In this document: positions 60,001 to 64,000 of the stretch, in pieces
How the letters are laid out: each line of letters begins with the position of its first letter
Numbering within the stretch: position 1 is the stretch's first letter
Assembly: GCA_014729395.1 (NCBI GenBank)
Contig: WJJZ01000010.1
Location: 92,544-156,543, forward strand
Direction: 5' to 3'
Length of the DNA: 64,000 nucleotides
DNA from: Candidatus Magasanikiibacteriota bacterium
GTDB lineage: Bacteria; Patescibacteriota; Patescibacteriia; Magasanikbacterales; UBA922
The notes under the pieces: model-generated
Told to the model about the DNA's origin: nothing
The model's database searches: none
The model's input: the letters and a program-made list of their open reading frames with translations, nothing else
Position numbers and translations under genes: made by a program

Positions 60001-63000
60001 CTATTATAATCTAAAACTCTATAATCAAAATCTATGGTAACATTCGGATCATCTTGGGTAGTGGTAAAAGCTTGCTCCCAATAACCGCCAACCTCGTCAT
60101 TAGTCCCCTGAGGGACTGTAATATCAGCATAGCCACCCGGATTACCACCACTTGACTGATAAGAACCAACCGGTGTCACTTCTCCACCACCAACACCCCA
60201 ATCTGAAAAAGCCCAAACCCAATCCGGTATAATACCAATATTAATATTATCAAGTCTTACTTGACTTGTTCCATCACTTTCTAAAAAAGCCTTAAATTTT
60301 ATTTGTTCCCCACTGGTACTGAGTGAAGATATATTAGTATCAATAACACTCGCCGTATTGTAATCCATAACTCCGGCCACATCCCAGCTGGATCCGCCCC
60401 AGTAGTACCAATTGATACCATTATCAATTGTCAACTGGTAATAAATTTCTCCTGTACCTTTAATAGCGGTTTCGGTAAAACTATCCCAACTTTGTACCCC
60501 TGATGCAGAATAAGAAGAATTTGGATAAATATCCGGGTTATCAGTCGGATACATCGCATCCGGTAAATACTCCCAAGTTAACAAAATATTATCATAACCG
60601 ATTGTAAAAGGTCCGGTGCCCGGTCCACCGGGAGTTTCCACCCAAACGGCAATTTTTAGATAATAAGTGCCAGCGGTCGTAACCTTTGAAGAGGCATCTA
60701 TATTGACTTGCGAAGTCCAACCCTGGGTGGCGCTGATTTCTCCGGATGACCATACCTCCTGGCCGATTGTCGGTGCACCGGCCGATGAATCTACAAACAC
60801 ATAAAGCTGAAAAGTATCCGGTGTAGCATCATAGGCAGATACTTGCCAATCAAAATCCAATGTAACGATAGGGTTATCTTCACTAACAGTAAAAGCTTGA
60901 TAACCAAAGCCACCCACCTCATCATTACCACCGGAAGGAATATTTATTTCTGCATACCCACCCGGGTTACCTCCGCTTGTAGCACGATAACCGGTAACAT
61001 CAACTTCTCCACCTCCTTGATCCCAATCTGAATATCCCCAATTTGAAGCATCCACATCAAAACCCGGATTGAGTGTGGTACTGGATGACCCAGTTGATTC
61101 AATTCCGGAAAAATTAATCCCTTGTACCCAAGCCGGAAAAGGTTGACCGCTTCTACGTCTTTCCAAACGGACAGTATCATCATCCAAATACCTGGCTGAA
61201 AATATAGGCCGTGGCCAAGCTCCGCCGGTACCATTACAACCATTGTAAGACAAAGCCATTCTAGCACTGTCGTCATTCACTATATCTACGTCTTGATCAT
61301 AAGTTAGGTTACCACTATCACCATCTGCTTTGAATCTATAATCGACTGTTAGGTCATCATGAGTCAAAGCATAGACCTCAAAATTTTTGTTGTCAGTGTA
61401 TTCTTGACCGACAGCTACCTGACTTTCAGAAAGATTTTCCGCAACACCATTACCTAAGGTGATCAAAGTACCCTCCGCAGAATCACCAATACCATCATCT
61501 GTAGTATAGCCTACACCCCACACCCAAGTATTTACCCTACTAACTGAACTGATAGAGGCTGTATTATACTCTCCAATGGCGTTGGCTCCATTTCCACCGG
61601 CCGTACCAGTGATGTTTACTCGCTGGACTGTCCATTCACTACCCCACTCCAGTACCATGGCGGTGCTGTTTGCGCTATTGCCAGTATAATTTCTTTCCCA
61701 ATTTATTACATTTGAGCTGGATGGCCAGTATTTTATATGACAAACATCGTTATTACCGTTTGAAGTTTCCGGAGTTCGACAACCTGATCCATTAAAACCG
61801 GCCATTATCATAACTTGATCAATATCAGACCATGAAGTACCGGAGTTGTCAGTACCACTACCCACCCCACTACCATGGCTTATATCTTGTACATCTAATA
61901 ATTCAAAACCGGCCGAGGAACAAGCCTGCAGGCATTCCACTACCGTTACCACACCAATCCAACCATCAACTGAATTATTACGTGTAAATGTAAGTCTATC
62001 ATTTGCTCCGGAGACACCAAGATCACCGGTACCATTTGGGTCGGCTGTCAGAGCAATATAGTTTTCATCCGGTCCGCGATTTCCAGTACTACTTCCATCA
62101 CCATCCGATCCTCGAACTATAACAAAATAATTATCTGCCAAATCTTGATCCAAGGTTAAATTATAAGAATTACCGCTAAATTGACCTGAACCGATATAGT
62201 ATTCCTTGATTCTAAAAACCGACTGATCCGGAACCAACTCAGCTACACCGCCCGTTATTTGAATTTTGTCTGAATCATAAGTATAATTACCGGCTGTTGT
62301 AAAAGGCCAATCATAGTCGGTATTTGTACTACTACTAAATGTACCGTCTTCAATACCACCTGAATCACCAATTTCACCGGCTAATCTGGCGGTACCGCTA
62401 ACCACTTCTATTTCTGACGGATTAAAACTGTAACCAGATGAGGTACTAAAATTCCAAGTATAACCGGCACAAGCACTGCCACCGGAACCGGAACCGGCCA
62501 ATTTTACCTCTCCGGCAGTTGAATAATTTATATTACCATCATCAGTATAATAACGTGTGATATCAGACCATATCGGCTGACCACTACCACCGGACCAATC
62601 TCTTTGGACCCACTCATGAGAATCCCAATTGGTTAGGTAAGCTATTCTCTCCACTATGTTTTCCACCCCGTCTCGAATTTCCCAAGTTACGGTTACAGTT
62701 ACCTTTTTTGTATGGATATCGGTATAGAGACCGGGGCAAGCTACAATGTCGTCATTGGCATCTCGACACACATCATCAAAAATTATTAATCTTCTATATT
62801 GTCCGATTTGCTCTTCTGTCCCCTCACCTACAAAAACCCACTCACCTGTACTTGTGGATACAGCGCTTTTACTATATTGAATTTCATTCCAAGCCCCTTC
62901 TCTAATTGATTTTATGGCTTCAATCGCCTCTTGTGCCAAGGCTTCAGCTTCAGTCTGTTCGCCACCTTGAGACAAAGCATTGAAACTGCCGACTGACAAA

Positions 63001-63092
63001 GTTATAAGAGCAGAAGATATCAACGCAAAAATAGTCATGGCAATAATGACTTCTATCAATGTTTGGCCTGTTTTTTCCCTAAAAACAGTCAT
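57063..63092 (-). CDS. Giant (2009-aa) pilin-like adhesin: prepilin class III N-terminus, tandemly duplicated roughly 270-aa modules, and a LamG/concanavalin-like lectin domain
   Basis: N-terminus MTVFREKTG|QTLIEVIIAMTIFALI with E at +5. Two repeats (DW..GGGEV...SGGNPGGYA.I..P.G.NDEVGG...QAFT and WYYWGGSSWDVAG...KFKAFLESDGT). The LamG-like segment is ...FDGSQDYV...WIKTT...LYVDGEF. Confidence 0.85.
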   Translation of the reverse strand: MTVFREKTGQTLIEVIIAMTIFALISSALITLSVGSFNALSQGGEQTEAEALAQEAIEAIKSIREGAWNEIQYSKSAVSTSTGEWVFVGEGTEEQIGQYRRLIIFDDVCRDANDDIVACPGLYTDIHTKKVTVTVTWEIRDGVENIVERIAYLTNWDSHEWVQRDWSGGSGQPIWSDITRYYTDDGNINYSTAGEVKLAGSGSGGSACAGYTWNFSTSSGYSFNPSEIEVVSGTARLAGEIGDSGGIEDGTFSSSTNTDYDWPFTTAGNYTYDSDKIQITGGVAELVPDQSVFRIKEYYIGSGQFSGNSYNLTLDQDLADNYFVIVRGSDGDGSSTGNRGPDENYIALTADPNGTGDLGVSGANDRLTFTRNNSVDGWIGVVTVVECLQACSSAGFELLDVQDISHGSGVGSGTDNSGTSWSDIDQVMIMAGFNGSGCRTPETSNGNNDVCHIKYWPSSSNVINWERNYTGNSANSTAMVLEWGSEWTVQRVNITGTAGGNGANAIGEYNTASISSVSRVNTWVWGVGYTTDDGIGDSAEGTLITLGNGVAENLSESQVAVGQEYTDNKNFEVYALTHDDLTVDYRFKADGDSGNLTYDQDVDIVNDDSARMALSYNGCNGTGGAWPRPIFSARYLDDDTVRLERRRSGQPFPAWVQGINFSGIESTGSSSTTLNPGFDVDASNWGYSDWDQGGGEVDVTGYRATSGGNPGGYAEINIPSGGNDEVGGFGYQAFTVSEDNPIVTLDFDWQVSAYDATPDTFQLYVFVDSSAGAPTIGQEVWSSGEISATQGWTSQVNIDASSKVTTAGTYYLKIAVWVETPGGPGTGPFTIGYDNILLTWEYLPDAMYPTDNPDIYPNSSYSASGVQSWDSFTETAIKGTGEIYYQLTIDNGINWYYWGGSSWDVAGVMDYNTASVIDTNISSLSTSGEQIKFKAFLESDGTSQVRLDNINIGIIPDWVWAFSDWGVGGGEVTPVGSYQSSGGNPGGYADITVPQGTNDEVGGYWEQAFTTTQDDPNVTIDFDYRVLDYNSTPDLAEIRVYLDTSSGAPSNQVGSSITVSGEGGWTGASQIDASSAVSSAGTYYLKMALWVETGNNDGPYTVGFDNVDLNWEAGGYPDNIPGINPVASYEPSSVDTWTGISVSSTKNGGEVYFQISDDDGSTWYYWGGSSWDVAGAGDYNTTSTINENLWQFDADEGKIMFKAFLESDGTHQVTIDDVELSCANLQMEVGTVSTDENWTDVDLENTYSSPIIVTSYYESNNTAPASVRIRNVTSTGFDVRLQNPSALDLSSDQITYFVIEEGKWDVDGIKIEADKYDTNTVGENNNWTYDSLSFAQSFSVDPIVLHQVMTNNDSTWISTYVSRDTSQSDPPDTDGMRIALNGAEAVNSHGTETIGWVAVEANSTGTISGTDFETYRTTDTVLGHDNGCYPFSYQNSYSASPLLLGFQQEMDGTDGSWSVTCNNSSSQGSFHAEEDQVSDSERGHTSETYGFVAFAEAFDYSSSAICTGSFVDNTESEFDNGSYSNTEYDTDRVELTGSGMSAGSGTYTSDIFNSGGVSTWTSISWVPFAPYQKSLPDNGSLETVYTEDNFNMANNQALFHFDESSGSVSFDDGSSNGNDAACYGTVCPTVGSAGRIGSALDFDGSQDYVTSTADLNQWLGDTASVSYWIKTTQVGDSTFWDAPGITGVEQSGGGNDIFWGWIDDNGYIGFKVGDGNGVQSNNAINDDNWHHIFMTRNSSTGLIKLYVDGEFQNQITSDTGTKTTSFYSIGRIEDTGGTPKYFDGLVDEFSIWDTILGDDDIRKIYLRGALRIKYQVRSCNDGGCLGESFVGPDGTASTYYSEADNYTTSLPSFNLTNLSDNQYFQYQAILETSSSTLSPKLSSFTVNYSGSCGGGGGAYVGTGSLQSSAYDMSSTSSIQTIEWDETIPICTPDCEVKLQLRAAPDSGGTPGTWTDWYGASGVLTYFTSSTGSLVPINLNGYRWVQYRAELIGDGSNTPVLEEVRVNYRN

Positions 63093-63129
63093 TTGAAAAA
63101 AATTAATTTTCTTTCCTTTTCATCTTGTG

Positions 63130-63579
63130 TTATTGCTTTCTTTCTACCAAACCATATTGATTTACAAAAATAACCGCTTGATCACCTAATCTGTGTTTCA
63201 AAGTGGTTGTACCGGATTGATCAGGTAGACCACTACCTTTACTAAAATTTATTTCATCATTTGTGAAAGTGGAAGAAATTACAAGAGCTTCATTTAGCAC
63301 TACTTCCCTATCATAATCAGAATTGCGAGATGGATAAGAAGACCCCTGGTATAAAATATATCTATCTGATTCAAATTTAACGCCATATCTGGAATTATTA
63401 TTACCGGAAACACTTTTTTCCCTGGCAATACGCATGGCCTGAACAATTTGGGCACTGTTTTCATTTATTTGCGCTGAAACTTGCAAATTACCATAAATTG
63501 GCACCGCTGTAGCTGCCAAAATAAGGGTAATCCCCACTACTACCAGTAATTCTACAATTGAAACACCGGAATTATTCAT
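63130..63579 (-). CDS. Pseudopilin / minor pilin
   Basis: Prepilin motif (NNSG|VSIVELLVVVGITLILAA). 149 aa. Confidence 0.7.
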   Translation of the reverse strand: MNNSGVSIVELLVVVGITLILAATAVPIYGNLQVSAQINENSAQIVQAMRIAREKSVSGNNNSRYGVKFESDRYILYQGSSYPSRNSDYDREVVLNEALVISSTFTNDEINFSKGSGLPDQSGTTTLKHRLGDQAVIFVNQYGLVERKQ

Positions 63580-63603
63580 AAATATTTAAGCGCAAGCTAA
63601 AAA

Positions 63604-63996
63604 TTATCTCCTAATATTACCCGTGATATCATATATCGGAGTAATGATTGAAAGGGCCAAGAAACCTACAACCAAACCAATAAAAATCAACAAGACCGGT
63701 TCAATAGCGGCTGCTAGAGATTTTGTAGCTTCGTCCAATTCAGTTTCATAAAAATCCGACAGATACAACAAAGTCTCTGTCAAATTACCAGACTCCTCAC
63801 CCACTCTTACCATTTCAACCACTATTGTAGGATAGAGTGTGTAGTATTCTTTCAAATTATCTGACAAACTAAAACCTTTATCAATTCTTTTACTAATTTG
63901 GGTAACTGATCGCGAATAATAAAAATTTCCCAAAGTTTCTTTACTTATATCCATGGCCTCATCAATATTTAGACCACTTTTCAATAGTAAACCCAT
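63604..63996 (-). CDS. pilC: Type IV pilus inner-membrane platform protein PilC (GspF family), C-terminal part; the gene runs off the window
   Basis: Second T2SS_F repeat (...YPTIVVEMVRVGEESGNL...LAAAIEPVLLIFIGLVVGF). The reading frame has no start in the window. Confidence 0.8.
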   Translation of the reverse strand: MGLLLKSGLNIDEAMDISKETLGNFYYSRSVTQISKRIDKGFSLSDNLKEYYTLYPTIVVEMVRVGEESGNLTETLLYLSDFYETELDEATKSLAAAIEPVLLIFIGLVVGFLALSIITPIYDITGNIRR

Positions 63997-64000
63997 GGTT

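Overview
The window is AT-rich (about one-third GC by eye) with compact genes, consistent with a small-genome bacterium such as a Patescibacteria/CPR-like lineage; that lineage call is inference from composition and gene content only.

Recognisable content:
- Cell-division regulator mraZ at the left edge.
- Dispersed nucleotide-excision-repair genes uvrC, uvrA and uvrB.
- corA, murJ, lepA and recJ.
- A minus-strand heat-shock regulon block: hrcA, a small ORF, a NUDIX-GrpE fusion, hsp20, a decayed gene, dnaK, two small ORFs, then dnaJ.
- yidC and an SPFH protein.
- A MacAB-like efflux operon (HlyD adaptor, cca, ABC ATPase, two FtsX-type permeases).
- gpsA, uppP, a polysaccharide deacetylase and an amino-acid permease.
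- A signalling operon: a multi-PAS protein, a transmembrane sensor protein, a large Cache/PAS histidine kinase and two stand-alone receiver proteins.
- An MBL-fold hydrolase.
- A type IV pilus locus running off the right edge: tandem paralogous pilins, a PilM-PilN-SH3b fusion, pseudopilins, a 2009-aa giant pilin-like adhesin and pilC.

Structure not explained by protein genes:
- A roughly 1.7-kb ORF-free, GC-elevated segment (about 11.56-13.23 kb) with its own promoter.
- A tRNA-like gene at 13416-13489 with canonical acceptor, D and T arms but a 6-bp anticodon stem and 8-nt loop. Directly upstream is a promoter- and terminator-bounded roughly 70-nt transcript whose 5' end is perfectly complementary (15 nt) to that anticodon arm.
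- Three copies of a GC-rich, roughly 75-bp nested-palindrome repeat next to recJ, dnaJ and dnaK.
- A CIRCE-like operator at the hrcA promoter.
- A distinct palindrome at the hsp20 promoter.
- MraZ-type GTGGGG direct repeats upstream of mraZ.
- Several short tandem repeats, one of them inside uvrA.

No CRISPR array, integrase or transposase was seen.
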